Below are positions 33,733-43,899 of a stretch of DNA of 64,000 nt, one piece after another. The stretch is from contig OZ243974.1 of assembly GCA_965214775.1 (NCBI GenBank), forward strand, positions 256,001 through 320,000, read 5' to 3'. The position numbers and the translations under genes are program-made. Below the pieces are notes generated by a model. It was not told the DNA's origin and did no database searches. It was given only the letters and a program-made list of their open reading frames with translations. How positions within the stretch are numbered: the stretch's first letter is position 1; each line of letters opens with the position of its first letter. The DNA comes from Nitrosopumilus sp. (lineage in GTDB: Archaea > Thermoproteota > Nitrososphaeria > Nitrososphaerales > Nitrosopumilaceae).

Positions 33733-35485
33733 TCAGACTTGGTTGCGCCACTTGATATCGAACCTCAGATCATTGCGGAATACTTTCTTTGTCTCAGGTA
33801 TGGATTTGATCATGCATCTTGCGAATTCAAGCGACTCTGCAGTCTTTCCTTGCTCAACGAGTATGTATGTCTTGAGTACTGCAGAGTGGGCATTCCGGTG
33901 TAGGCTTATACTTCGATCCAGATACTTTATGGCATCATCACGTCGTTCCATTCTCCACAAGGTGACCCCGGCAGAGTGCAATCCAGTTGCATGTTCTGGA
34001 TCTATCTCAATTCCTCTCTTCAGGTATTCTAGTCCCTTCTCATATTCCCCGTTATTGGAAAAAATCCCGCCCAGATAGATCAGTGCGTCAGGATGATCCG
34101 ACCGTATTTGCAGCACTCTCTTGTACTGCTCTTCGGCTTTGTCAATGTTGTTTAGATTTACGTACACGGTTGCAAGGTTGTAAACAAGTTCCGCAGATTC
34201 CGGTGATGTATTCACCGCGTTCTGGGCCTCCTTGATTGCTTTATCGTGGTTACCCATCAGCAGCAAAACGCGACAAAATACTTGTACATATTTTGCATTG
34301 TCGTGGTTCTGCGTTAATGCTCGATCAAGCGATTGTTTTGCATTGTCAAACTCTTCAAGATTTGTATGCATTATACCCTTGAGGTAGTGGCTGGTGTGAT
34401 CTGCCGGATCGATCTCGATCAACCGGTCGATCTCGATTATTGCCTCACGTCCTTTACCGGAAGCGTACAGTCCTAACGCGACGCATCTGAGTGCTTTTTT
34501 ATTGGCAGGATTCAATTCTAGGCATCTTCGGAAATCTTTTACTGATTTTGGATATTCCTCCTTACGGTAATGTATTATGCCCCTCCTAAAATAGGCATCA
34601 TCTCGGGTTGGTTCTAGTGTCAGGATATCGTCTAGTATATGGAGCGCCTCATCAAACCACCCAAACCTCTCTAAAACGATGGCTTTGAAAAACAGCATCT
34701 GCACATTGTTTGTATTTCTTAGCTCCTCTTCATGTTGCCTTACCCATTTTTCATACTTTGTCAATTCTATCAGTGAATGTCCTACGACATGCAGGTCGCC
34801 AACTTTATTCAAACTACTGTAGAATGACAGATACCTGTCTGGATGAGGTAGGTTTAGATCCATCAACATTTTGGAAAATAGAGTCCCAATCTTTTCTGGA
34901 TATTCGTCTGGATGTACCAGATCCAATTCTTTCATGAACCTGTCCCATCGACTTTGATGCTCTTTGTAACTGTCAAATGCGATCCACCTGCCCAACAGTT
35001 GTTCTGCCTCGATCCTCTTTTCGCTACGTAGCAGATTCAGAATGATTGACTCTTCTTCTACACGTTCGGACAGCAGTATGCATAGTTGGTCTACATTCTC
35101 ATTCTCTACAATGTGCACTTTGAACCATTGTTGAATCTCATCGGTCATTTTGTCATCCGTATCCATCGCAGTATCTACAGAGACGGATTGCCTTGAGTGG
35201 GACTATGAGCGTAGCGTTGTTTGATCTGATCATGGATTCTGCTGCCATCATGGCACACCGTTTGTTTTCGTCGGAAAGCACGTGTCTCTTTATCAGAAGC
35301 TCCATCATCTTGGCAGCCTTTTGGTAGAGTTCCGGATATTGTTGGTGACCAAACACCTCTAGTTTGGGCATCTCTAGTATAGATCTGAGTTGGCCCTTGT
35401 TCATGATAGTTACATTTGTACCGTGATGCTCATTCATGACTCTGATTATATTATGAATATCCTCAATAGAGAGATAGTTGATCAT
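33733..35485 (-). pseudogene. Doc/Fic-domain - TPR fusion protein, frameshifted near 35180
   Basis: Doc N-terminus with HVLSDENKRCA motif. Adding 2 nt in the CT repeat gives AIRLSVDTAMDTDDKMTDEIQQWF, running into the multi-TPR ORF 33733-35166. Confidence 0.75.
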
Positions 35486-35742
35486 AACTCTGCTAGGCGG
35501 TTATATACTGTACTGTGTCTGTCAAATAACATCCTTATCATTTTCTGTTTTTCTTCCCTAGTCAGTTTGGACGGATCTATCTTGCCCATCTTGTCTTCCA
35601 TTTTATTGGGTATGTCCGTGATTGCATCATGAGGAAGACGCACGTATTCTTCCTTAAAAAAAAGGCCCACTTTACAAGTGTCTATCTCACTCCCATGTTC
35701 TCTGACGGATGAATCCTGTTCCAATGGTGCACCTGATGCCAT
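35482..35742 (-). CDS. Putative antitoxin of the Doc module
   Basis: Small ORF ending HSTVYNRLAEL*; ATGA overlap with doc. Confidence 0.6.
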   Translation of the reverse strand: MASGAPLEQDSSVREHGSEIDTCKVGLFFKEEYVRLPHDAITDIPNKMEDKMGKIDPSKLTREEKQKMIRMLFDRHSTVYNRLAEL

Positions 35743-35802
35743 ACTAGCACAATAAACAGAATTCTGTTAATAACGGTTACTGGTGATGTAGCGGTTGTCT
35801 TA

Positions 35803-35885
35803 TATAGCAACGGGCATAAGTCTTTGAGTCAAAGTAGGCCATAACTACACGTAAAAAACCTCAATTATTTCTGCTTGTTGCTATA
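35803..35885. mobile_element. MITE family H (83 bp including TA, IS630-like)
   Basis: TATAGCAAC...GTTGCTATA; homologs at 41947, 52097 and 63732. Confidence 0.85.
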
Positions 35886-35968
35886 ACATAATAAACAACC
35901 AAAATATTTTAGGTTTAGATTGCTCTTTAGGATCATGAAAAATGCTTGTTGCAGCATAGTGCATAATT

Positions 35969-36766
35969 ATGATTTCTGATACTTCTGCGTTGGTTTGCTT
36001 GTGGACGGGAGGCGCCATTCACAAAAGCAAAAATTCTGTAAAGTACCTAGAATCACTTGACTTAAGATCAGGTACAAAATTATGGGAGAGATGTAAGAAG
36101 ATCATGAATAATTATGATCAGGTGATAAAAAATCGAAAAAAATGCATACTTGACATCGTCTCATCAGAGATTAAACAAAAACGCATAACGCAGGTAGTTA
36201 TTTTTGGTGCAGGATGGGATGCATTATCAGTCGAGCTGGTATCTGGTATAGAGAATCTCAAAGTATACGAGCTTGACATTGCCAACATGAATGAAAAAAG
36301 ATTGCTTTTAAAAAACACGGATGAAAGATTGGCAGAGTCTGTTCATTGCATACAAACGGATCTTGAAAACCCCCTAGAAGTTTATGGGCAATTAAAAAAT
36401 AACGGCTGGAACCACTTGAAGGCCTCTGTCTTGGTCTTTGAGGGCATATCTTACTACTTGACTCAGACTAATTTATTTGGCGTAATAAGACAGTTCAAGT
36501 CACACTCTCAGAATGTTCTTGTCATAGAATACCTGCGAAACAACAAACTAAAGAACATACCTGATGAAATATTTGGCGTAATTCAAAGTCAAAATGACAT
36601 TAAAATCACAAAATATGACACAGACAAAATAAAATCACATTTAGAAGAACTTGAAGGCATTGTAATTAAAAACTATTCTCTGGCAGAAATGGAAAAAAAC
36701 AGACTGGGTTTTGCGCTTTATTTTGCACACAGAAATTGGATCAATGTTTGTCATGCAATTATTTGA
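35969..36766 (+). CDS. Leucine carboxyl methyltransferase-like SAM methyltransferase
   Basis: QVVIFGAGWD, YELD, FEGISYYL. Confidence 0.85.
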   Translation: MISDTSALVCLWTGGAIHKSKNSVKYLESLDLRSGTKLWERCKKIMNNYDQVIKNRKKCILDIVSSEIKQKRITQVVIFGAGWDALSVELVSGIENLKVYELDIANMNEKRLLLKNTDERLAESVHCIQTDLENPLEVYGQLKNNGWNHLKASVLVFEGISYYLTQTNLFGVIRQFKSHSQNVLVIEYLRNNKLKNIPDEIFGVIQSQNDIKITKYDTDKIKSHLEELEGIVIKNYSLAEMEKNRLGFALYFAHRNWINVCHAII

Positions 36767-36829
36767 CAGCATGTTTTATGCCATAGAACCGTCGCCGTAG
36801 CCGTCACCATCTGCAAGACAAACAAACAA

Positions 36830-36950
36830 CAGTCTTCACAGATGTAACTGACTCGTGGCGGTGCAGACGGTTGCATGCGGATCTGCAGGCATCATAATCT
36901 AATTTGTGTCAAATTTGGAGCCGTTTTTCTGGGAACTTCTGGAAAGACTG
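36830..36950. mobile_element. MITE family I
   Basis: CAGTCTTC...GAAAGACTG; internal GCGGATCTGCAGG shared with other copies. Confidence 0.85.
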
Positions 36951-37154
36951 ATTGTCAGGCAGTTTTACACACAGGCAACTTGTCATTTGCAGGCATTGTT
37001 TTAATGGATTTGATGCAAGCAAGTTCGGTTATGCATTATCTGAGTCTGCTAGTTTCGAATCAACCCTATGACGCTGGATCTGGAGTACTTTTCACTTGGC
37101 AGATAAAAAGGATAATAGATTATTATGACTCCTCTTTAGAGGACATCATATATC

Positions 37155-37904
37155 TTGAATGAATTATCTATTCGGTCCGTTTCTAAGTCCTTTGGCGGAA
37201 ACAAGGCATTAGATGACATATCCATTGATTTGATTCCAAAAAAGATAAACCTGCTTATTGGCTCCAATGGTTGTGGCAAGACGACTCTGATTAATGCAAT
37301 ATCAGGCAATACGCAAATTGATAATGGCAATATCGTGTTTGCAGATAAGGACATTACACAAAACGCCATAAATCACAGATTCAACTTGGGAATGATCAGA
37401 ACTTTTCAGACGCCTAGACTATTTTCAAGCTTGTCTGTACTTGAAAATCTTATGATCTGCCAACACAGTGCAGGAGAGCGTTTTAAGAATTCCCTAATCC
37501 CTAAAAGATGGAAGAGTCAAGAAAATTCAATTAAACAAAAGGCGTTATCTGTACTTGATTCGTTAAATCTCACAAAGCTGAAAAACAGCTTGGCTTATGA
37601 CCTTAGCGGAGGGCAGATAAAACTAGTAGAGCTTGCAAAGACGCTGATGTCTGACTCGAAGCTTGTCCTGCTAGACGAGCCAATAGCCGGAATAGCCCCA
37701 AAACTTGCACATGACATATTTGAGACAATCTGCAGCATGAGCAAGGATCATGGCATTACGTTTCTGATAGTAGAGCACAGGCTGGATATCGCATTACAGT
37801 ATTCAGACTGGGTGTTTGTCATGAATGAAGGCAGGATAATAGCAAACGATTCACCTGACAAAATACTGCAGGACAAGGCAGTGATCGACTCATATCTGAG
37901 GTAA
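37155..37904 (+). CDS. Branched-chain amino acid ABC transporter ATPase (LivG-like)
   Basis: GSNGCGKT, RTFQ, LSGGQ, LLDEP, VEH. Confidence 0.9.
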   Translation: MNELSIRSVSKSFGGNKALDDISIDLIPKKINLLIGSNGCGKTTLINAISGNTQIDNGNIVFADKDITQNAINHRFNLGMIRTFQTPRLFSSLSVLENLMICQHSAGERFKNSLIPKRWKSQENSIKQKALSVLDSLNLTKLKNSLAYDLSGGQIKLVELAKTLMSDSKLVLLDEPIAGIAPKLAHDIFETICSMSKDHGITFLIVEHRLDIALQYSDWVFVMNEGRIIANDSPDKILQDKAVIDSYLR

Positions 37905-37912
37905 TAATAATT

Positions 37913-38611
37913 TTGGCAATATCAATCAAGTCGCTTTCCTGCGGATATGGGAAAAACCACGTAATACACGACGTTGACTTTGTTGCAGAAAACCAGATCA
38001 CTGCAATCATCGGGGCAAACGGCTCGGGCAAAAGCACGCTGTTAAAATCAATTTGCGGATTGTGCGACATATACGGCGGAGAAATCAACCTAGGCAAAAA
38101 AAGCATTACAGGACTTGCGACACATAAAGTCATACATCTGGGAGTGTCATACATGGCTCAAAGGGACAACGTGTTCTCTGATCTTAGCATTCATGAGAAT
38201 CTAATTGTCTCAAACAGCCTAGATGCCTTGAATCTAGACGACATATTTGACATGTTTCCGGCACTATACAGGCACAAGAAAAAAAAAGCAAATGATCTTA
38301 GCGGGGGACTGCGACAGCTCTTGGCAATGGCAATGATAATAACAAAAAACCCCGGGGTCATACTGTTTGATGAGCCAACTGCGAATCTATCTCCAAAAAA
38401 TTCAAAGATGATACTGGACAAAATAAGGCAGATACAAAAAAGGCTGGGCAACTGCGTTATCCTAGTTGAGCAGAACGTCCACAGTGCATTAGAGTGTTGT
38501 GACAAGGTCTATCTGTTGGCAGGAGGACGCGTAGTATATTCTGGCGGCCCGCAAAAGCTGCTATCGGACTCGGAACTTGGCAAAAAATATCTGGGAATCG
38601 ACAAATTATGA
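37913..38611 (+). CDS. Branched-chain amino acid ABC transporter ATPase (LivF-like)
   Basis: GANGSGKS, LSGG, DEPT, VEQN. Confidence 0.9.
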   Translation: MAISIKSLSCGYGKNHVIHDVDFVAENQITAIIGANGSGKSTLLKSICGLCDIYGGEINLGKKSITGLATHKVIHLGVSYMAQRDNVFSDLSIHENLIVSNSLDALNLDDIFDMFPALYRHKKKKANDLSGGLRQLLAMAMIITKNPGVILFDEPTANLSPKNSKMILDKIRQIQKRLGNCVILVEQNVHSALECCDKVYLLAGGRVVYSGGPQKLLSDSELGKKYLGIDKL

Positions 38612-39519
38612 TAATACTGGTCGATGCGATAGTTTATGCATGTGTGCTGTCTGTGCTGTGCATAGGCCTCACACTAACGTACAAGATCACAAATGTTCCC
38701 AACTTTGCCCACACTACATTTGCCGTACTTGGAATGTACATGGCATTAATCACAACCAAGATATTTGGCTCAAGTCCCTATTTGGCAATGCCGCTGGCAT
38801 TTGTCCTGTCTGGCAGTGTTGCCCTTTTTTTGTACTATTTTATTATTCGCACGCTTCAAAACAAAAAAGCGTCCTTTCTGTCACTGATCATCGCCACGTT
38901 GTCCTTTGATATCTTTATGATTGGAGTGCTAAACATAATATCGGATTACATTTCAAACACGTTTCAGGTAGCTGCAAGAGACTTTACGTTGAGAAGCTTT
39001 GACGGTATCCTCTTTGATTTGCCGATGGTTCTAGTAGTGTCATGCGTGGTGTTGGCATGCGTAGTCTTTGGGCTGTATTATTTGCTGTATCGCACAAAAT
39101 TTGGAATATCCATGAGGGCGACAATACAAAACTCGACACTTGCATCGACTTTTGGAATCAACACAAACAGGATATTTTGCGTGTCTTGGTTTTTGAGCGG
39201 TGCCATGGGCGGCATTGCAGGAGTCTTGATGTCTGTGTGGTTTCAAGGAGATCCCAGTCTGTCAGCTATAATGCTTCCCAGCGTCTTTGCAGGAAGCATA
39301 GTGGGCGGATTCTCCAGCCTTTATGGTGCAATACTTGGGGGAATAGTCATAGGAGTGTCTGAGATTTTGGGCACCAGTTATCTGGCATCGGTGCTTGGAT
39401 ACTGGATTGTGCCATACAGGCCGATAATTCCATTTTTGTTTATAATTTTGACGCTGTTGATATCCCCCAAGGGACTGTCTAGTGCGATAGAGAGATTGAG
39501 GAGCAGAAGACCATGCTAA
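38608..39519 (+). CDS. Branched-chain amino acid ABC permease (LivH-like)
   Basis: GLTLTY..PNFAH, TKFG..MRA. Confidence 0.9.
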   Translation: MIILVDAIVYACVLSVLCIGLTLTYKITNVPNFAHTTFAVLGMYMALITTKIFGSSPYLAMPLAFVLSGSVALFLYYFIIRTLQNKKASFLSLIIATLSFDIFMIGVLNIISDYISNTFQVAARDFTLRSFDGILFDLPMVLVVSCVVLACVVFGLYYLLYRTKFGISMRATIQNSTLASTFGINTNRIFCVSWFLSGAMGGIAGVLMSVWFQGDPSLSAIMLPSVFAGSIVGGFSSLYGAILGGIVIGVSEILGTSYLASVLGYWIVPYRPIIPFLFIILTLLISPKGLSSAIERLRSRRPC

Positions 39520-40514
39520 GCTCAGAGATCATATTTTTTGCAGACTTGATTGCAATATTTTCTATATACCTGATAATCAACTCCAGTCTAAACCTGGAGT
39601 TTGGGTTTGCAGGCATTCCTAATTTTGGAAAGGTGCTGACTGTAGGAGCGGGGGCATTTGTCATGGCAATAGTTCCAGTGCATCTGTACGGATTAATTTT
39701 AGATATTGATGCGGATCCAATACAGGACAATTTTGCCGTCATAAATCAGATAAATGCGCACATTGCCAGCCATCCAGAGACAGCATTTTTTGTCTTTGGC
39801 ATTACATTGACTGTGGCTGTAATTGTCGGTGCTGTGTTGGGTCTCGTATCGTCGTATCCGGCCATAAGACTGCGTGGGGACTATCTGGCAATCACCCTTT
39901 TGGCATTTGGCGAGATAATTAGAATTGTAGGTATGAACCACGAAGGGTTGGTCGGCGGCACGCTTGGAGTTGCAGTGCCTGACTTTGCGTCGTTTGTGCC
40001 TGATGAGTACAGGTTCTTGGCGTATAGCCTGCTTTTATTGGCATTTGCAGGGATTGTCTATTTTGTCATAAGCAGGTTTACGTCATCTCCCGTGGGACGG
40101 CTGCTTCGAGCAACAAGGGACGACGAGACGGCGTTGCAGTCACTTGGTCGAGACATCGTATCAGTAAAGATAAAGACGCTGATGTTTGCAGGACTGATCG
40201 GCGCAATAGGAGGACTGCTGTATGCCTCTTATGTTGAGGGAGTCGTAGCATTTGGATATAACAGGCTAAACTGGACGTTTCTTCCATTTGTCATGGTTAT
40301 AGTTGGCGGCATGGCAAACAACAAGGGCATACTTGTCGGCACCCTGCTTTTTGTTGCAATCAGAAAGCTGATAATATTTTACAATGACTCGTTTGCCGGG
40401 TTTCTGCCATTTGATATTATTTGGCTTGATTATTTGTTGCTGGGCGGAATAATGCTTGTTGTGTTAATTTTCAGACCAAGAGGAATAATCCCCGAAAGGC
40501 CATGCACGAAGTAA
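39513..40514 (+). CDS. Branched-chain amino acid ABC permease (LivM-like)
   Basis: SLNLEFGFAG, RLRGDYLAI.LLAFGEI, RPRGI. Confidence 0.9.
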   Translation: MLSSEIIFFADLIAIFSIYLIINSSLNLEFGFAGIPNFGKVLTVGAGAFVMAIVPVHLYGLILDIDADPIQDNFAVINQINAHIASHPETAFFVFGITLTVAVIVGAVLGLVSSYPAIRLRGDYLAITLLAFGEIIRIVGMNHEGLVGGTLGVAVPDFASFVPDEYRFLAYSLLLLAFAGIVYFVISRFTSSPVGRLLRATRDDETALQSLGRDIVSVKIKTLMFAGLIGAIGGLLYASYVEGVVAFGYNRLNWTFLPFVMVIVGGMANNKGILVGTLLFVAIRKLIIFYNDSFAGFLPFDIIWLDYLLLGGIMLVVLIFRPRGIIPERPCTK

Positions 40515-40586
40515 AATGCAAACCCAACTTTGAGAAAAAAAAGATGGTTTACGGTTGGTCCTATCGACATTAGGCTGCTACTCTCC

Positions 40587-40626
40587 CTGCCTTCTCCTGC
40601 CTTCTCCTGCCTTCTCCTGCCTTCTC
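40587..40626. repeat. 10-bp tandem repeat CTGCCTTCTC x4
   Basis: Read directly; abuts a MITE C copy. Confidence 0.9.
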
Positions 40627-40962
40627 CTGAGAGTTGATTCGAAATTAGCAAACTCTGATTATTTGTGAACGAATTTGTATAGAACGGCTCAAAACATCAA
40701 CAATATACAAACTATCTGTGAAATTACATGAAAAATTCACATTGTTTCTAATTTCGGATCATCTCTCTGCCTCCCTGCCTCCTCCTGCCTGTCTCATCCT
40801 CATCCTCCTCATCCACGTCTCCCTGCCTCCCTGAGAGTTGATTCAAAATCAGCAATCTAATTATGTGTAAACGAATGCAAAAGACAGTTCAAAACATCAA
40901 CAAGACATCTGTCAAATCAGTTGAAAAATTTGCAAGGTTTCTAATTTTGAATCGCTTCTCTG
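40627..40962. mobile_element. Two MITE family C copies (40627-40769, 40831-40962)
   Basis: TIR CTGAGAGTTGATTCGAAATTAG/CTAATTTCGGATCATCTCTCTG. Confidence 0.85.
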
Positions 40963-41084
40963 GGTTGGTGCGCCCTGTAAAGGCAAAGGCCATAGGGATA
41001 GTGCACGCCAAGACAAAGGATGGCCGCGTAGATGCGGACATACTTGAGGATCGCATAGGCCAGGCTCAGGTGCGGGATGACAGA

Positions 41085-41155
<71 letters not shown>

Positions 41156-41312
41156 TGGAACGCAGTATAATGCAGGTGGCAAAGATGAGCCGTTATCTAC
41201 TGTAGACACTACAAAGCAGGGTTCCCAAAGACAAACAGCAACCAAGTAAATGAGGGATCAAGGATGCAAAAGTGAACGATTGTCTATCACGTTTACAATG
41301 TATGTTCAACAC

Positions 41313-41714
41313 TCACACTAGGGATTCATCATCAACTTCAATGGGTTTGCGTCCCATGAAACCAGAATCTTTTTCGTGCCAGAATTTTATTTCAGTTTCT
41401 CCATATTTCCAACATAGCCAAATTTCTTCATCAAATCGCTTTGAAGGAAAGTCAAGCAAGCCCTGCTCAATACTTTTTACAACTACGCCAGTGTTTTCAA
41501 GAATTTCAACGGATTCATAGAATTTTGTGATGGCAGAATTTAGTTGCTGCTTTAATGTGATGTACTCTTCAAAAGAATTCGTTGTAGATACGCACATTTG
41601 CAATTGTTGTTCTAGTTTTTTTACTTCATCTTGTTTTGCAAGCGAGTATTCATATTTTTTGATTACATCAGGAAGCGCCTCATTGGCATCATTTGTTGCA
41701 AAATAGGAAAACAC
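41313..41714 (-). CDS. DUF2203-family protein
   Basis: GLLDFPS..EIWLCWKYGE..FWH..GFMGRK. GTG start; the ORF-track N-terminal extension is MITE sequence. Confidence 0.85.
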   Translation of the reverse strand: MFSYFATNDANEALPDVIKKYEYSLAKQDEVKKLEQQLQMCVSTTNSFEEYITLKQQLNSAITKFYESVEILENTGVVVKSIEQGLLDFPSKRFDEEIWLCWKYGETEIKFWHEKDSGFMGRKPIEVDDESLV

Positions 41715-41946
41715 AGTATTGCTAAAAAAAATACCAATTAAATAGCTAGCCCAAGAATCAGTCTTTCCAAAAGTAACCCAAAAAGCGGCTCCAATCTTGA
41801 AATATCTCAAACCAGGCTTCCTGCAGATCCGCACATCAGTACTTCCCAAGTGTACTTTTACAGGCACGGCAATTACGTAATTTGCAGAGAACCTATGCGT
41901 AAACGAAATTAGCGGCTATGCCGTGCCGGGTCTGCAAAAGCACACC

Positions 41947-42155
41947 CATAGCAACGGGCAGAAGTCTTTGAGTCAAAGTAGGTCCAGTCTTCCCAGAAGT
42001 ACCACATCAAATTATCCTAGGTTCGAAACAATTCAAATGAGGATGCTTGCAGATCCGCATGTCACCTCCTGCGCCACCACGAGTCGGTTACTTCTGGGAA
42101 GACTGAGATCATAACTACACGTAAAAAACCTCAATTATTTCTGCTCGTTGCTATA
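41947..42155. mobile_element. MITE family H with nested family I (41985-42105)
   Basis: H halves rejoin on removal; 5-bp flanks AGGTC/AGATC. Confidence 0.9.
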
Positions 42156-42250
42156 GGAAGTACTGAATTGCGTCCAACTGCGATCTTCATATTTGGCCAG
42201 CCTGATCATGTATCCAATATGTTATTAATTGGATCTGTTTAATACTGGAG

Positions 42251-42766
42251 TTGACAAAATATAATGTAATTTTAAAAGTTCCTGCATCAGAAAAAGACTC
42301 TATTTTGGAGTCTATAAAAAACAAATATCCAAAATCTGAAGGGCGACAATTTTCTCAAACTGGCGATGAGTTGCGTTATATGTTCAAAATTAAAACATAT
42401 GATACAAGCAAAACTACGGTGAAAAATCTTAGTGAAATCTCGGGCCTATCTGTTGTTTCTGTAAATTCTGAATTTGACATGCGCATTCGAATACATAAAA
42501 AATACTCTACTTGGCTCATGATTGGATTGCTTATTGGTTGGACAGCAATCTCTTACATAGCATTTTCCACATCTGATAACTTTATTGATTCTCTATCTGT
42601 CTCACAACTTCTTGTTGTGCAAATCACCATCGCATTGGTAATTTCCATATGGATTTTTCTTTATGATAAAAGAACTCAACAAGATGTGATTGATGTTCTT
42701 GCAACACTAGATCTAAGAACTAGTGAAATTAACGAAAATGTAAAAGATTTAGACAAATCTAATTAA
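42251..42766 (+). CDS. Hypothetical two-TM membrane protein (AT-rich)
   Basis: 171-aa ORF with two hydrophobic helices. Confidence 0.65.
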   Translation: MTKYNVILKVPASEKDSILESIKNKYPKSEGRQFSQTGDELRYMFKIKTYDTSKTTVKNLSEISGLSVVSVNSEFDMRIRIHKKYSTWLMIGLLIGWTAISYIAFSTSDNFIDSLSVSQLLVVQITIALVISIWIFLYDKRTQQDVIDVLATLDLRTSEINENVKDLDKSN

Positions 42767-43118
42767 TTCTCGAATTAATTTTTCCATTAAATGATTTTGC
42801 AATTCCATATGCATGTGAAATAAAATCTTTGTCTGGTTTAAAATTTAAATCGAAATCTGCTTGAACTCTTAACTCATGAAGATCGTTTAATTTGTCACCC
42901 ATAGATGAATCTTTATTTTTAATTTTCTCAATTATGTCTTTATGTATTTCATCATTTTTTGAAAAATTCTCTCCCTTTTCTTCCAGTCTTAATTTTGCTT
43001 TCAATAGGGATGAATAATAGCTTCGATTTATTGCAGTTCTAATACCAGCTTCATTTTGTAATTCTGATTTTCTTCGAATCTTCTCAACAAAACCTAACAG
43101 TTCTTTTGGATCAAACAT
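42759..43118 (-). CDS. HEPN-domain protein
   Basis: RTAINRSYYS..H..LNDLHELRVQADF pattern. Confidence 0.85.
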   Translation of the reverse strand: MFDPKELLGFVEKIRRKSELQNEAGIRTAINRSYYSSLLKAKLRLEEKGENFSKNDEIHKDIIEKIKNKDSSMGDKLNDLHELRVQADFDLNFKPDKDFISHAYGIAKSFNGKINSRIN

Positions 43119-43119
43119 T

Positions 43120-43899
43120 TTATTGGCATAAATGTATGTAGAATCGCTTTTCCAATTCTTTGATTTCTTCTAGATTATTTGTTTTATATTTTAACTCGTC
43201 TATAGATTTGTCTACAATATCCCTTAATTTTTCCCAGAGCTCAAGTTTCCTTTCAAAGTCCCTCTCATAGAATTTTGTATCGAGGATTATTTTTTTCCAT
43301 TCCGGATTTTCCAAGTCTTTTTTCTCATACATAAGATACTCGGCAAATGCTAATTTTTCAACTTCATATGATCTACATATGTCGTTGATACAATTAACAA
43401 ATTCTTGATGAGATTCACTGACTACCATTTTTGCTTGCAGATCCTTGCTTACCTGAATATTAGATGCTATTTGGTTGATGTCTTTTAGGATTGAGCTAGC
43501 TGTAGTAGTTGGAACGTTCCCTGAAAAATTAGAGGATTCCCCTGCTTCATATATGACTGTGGAAGAAAAATCATTTGATTTTTCTACGACAATGCTAGAA
43601 TTCTCAAGTAGATTATATCTCAGTTTGGTTTTTGCTTCATACAGATTTCTCCATAAATTATAATTAAATTTTTTATTTCCACGTTTAGCTTCTTTTCTTC
43701 GTCTCTGGTCTAGAAAGTGTTCTTTCATCATTTTCGTTTTAAATTCGATAGGATCTGGGAGCTTAATTTTCAATAAAATATGTACTATACTTTCATCAAG
43801 TAATTGTCTTAGAACTTTTTTCCTCTCTTCTGGCGGGAGTGTATTTAATACAGGTACATTTCTTTCGACAACGGATTGCAAAACTGTGTATTGTCTCAT
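43120..43899 (-). CDS. Hypothetical protein, probable partner/antitoxin of the HEPN
   Basis: 259-aa ORF coupled to both neighbours. Confidence 0.7.
   Translation of the reverse strand: MRQYTVLQSVVERNVPVLNTLPPEERKKVLRQLLDESIVHILLKIKLPDPIEFKTKMMKEHFLDQRRRKEAKRGNKKFNYNLWRNLYEAKTKLRYNLLENSSIVVEKSNDFSSTVIYEAGESSNFSGNVPTTTASSILKDINQIASNIQVSKDLQAKMVVSESHQEFVNCINDICRSYEVEKLAFAEYLMYEKKDLENPEWKKIILDTKFYERDFERKLELWEKLRDIVDKSIDELKYKTNNLEEIKELEKRFYIHLCQ

Noticed and set aside
40963-41060. Possible IS110 transposase fragment (VKAKAIG..KTKDGRVDADIL)
   Set aside because: Too short and degenerate to support a call.
41715-41867. N-terminal extension of the DUF2203 protein, and other short ORFs with recurring motifs (LLISNQLS, KIGAAFWVTFGKT, RLSPNSSEFLK)
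   Set aside because: Translations of MITE families C, I and F, not a protein family.
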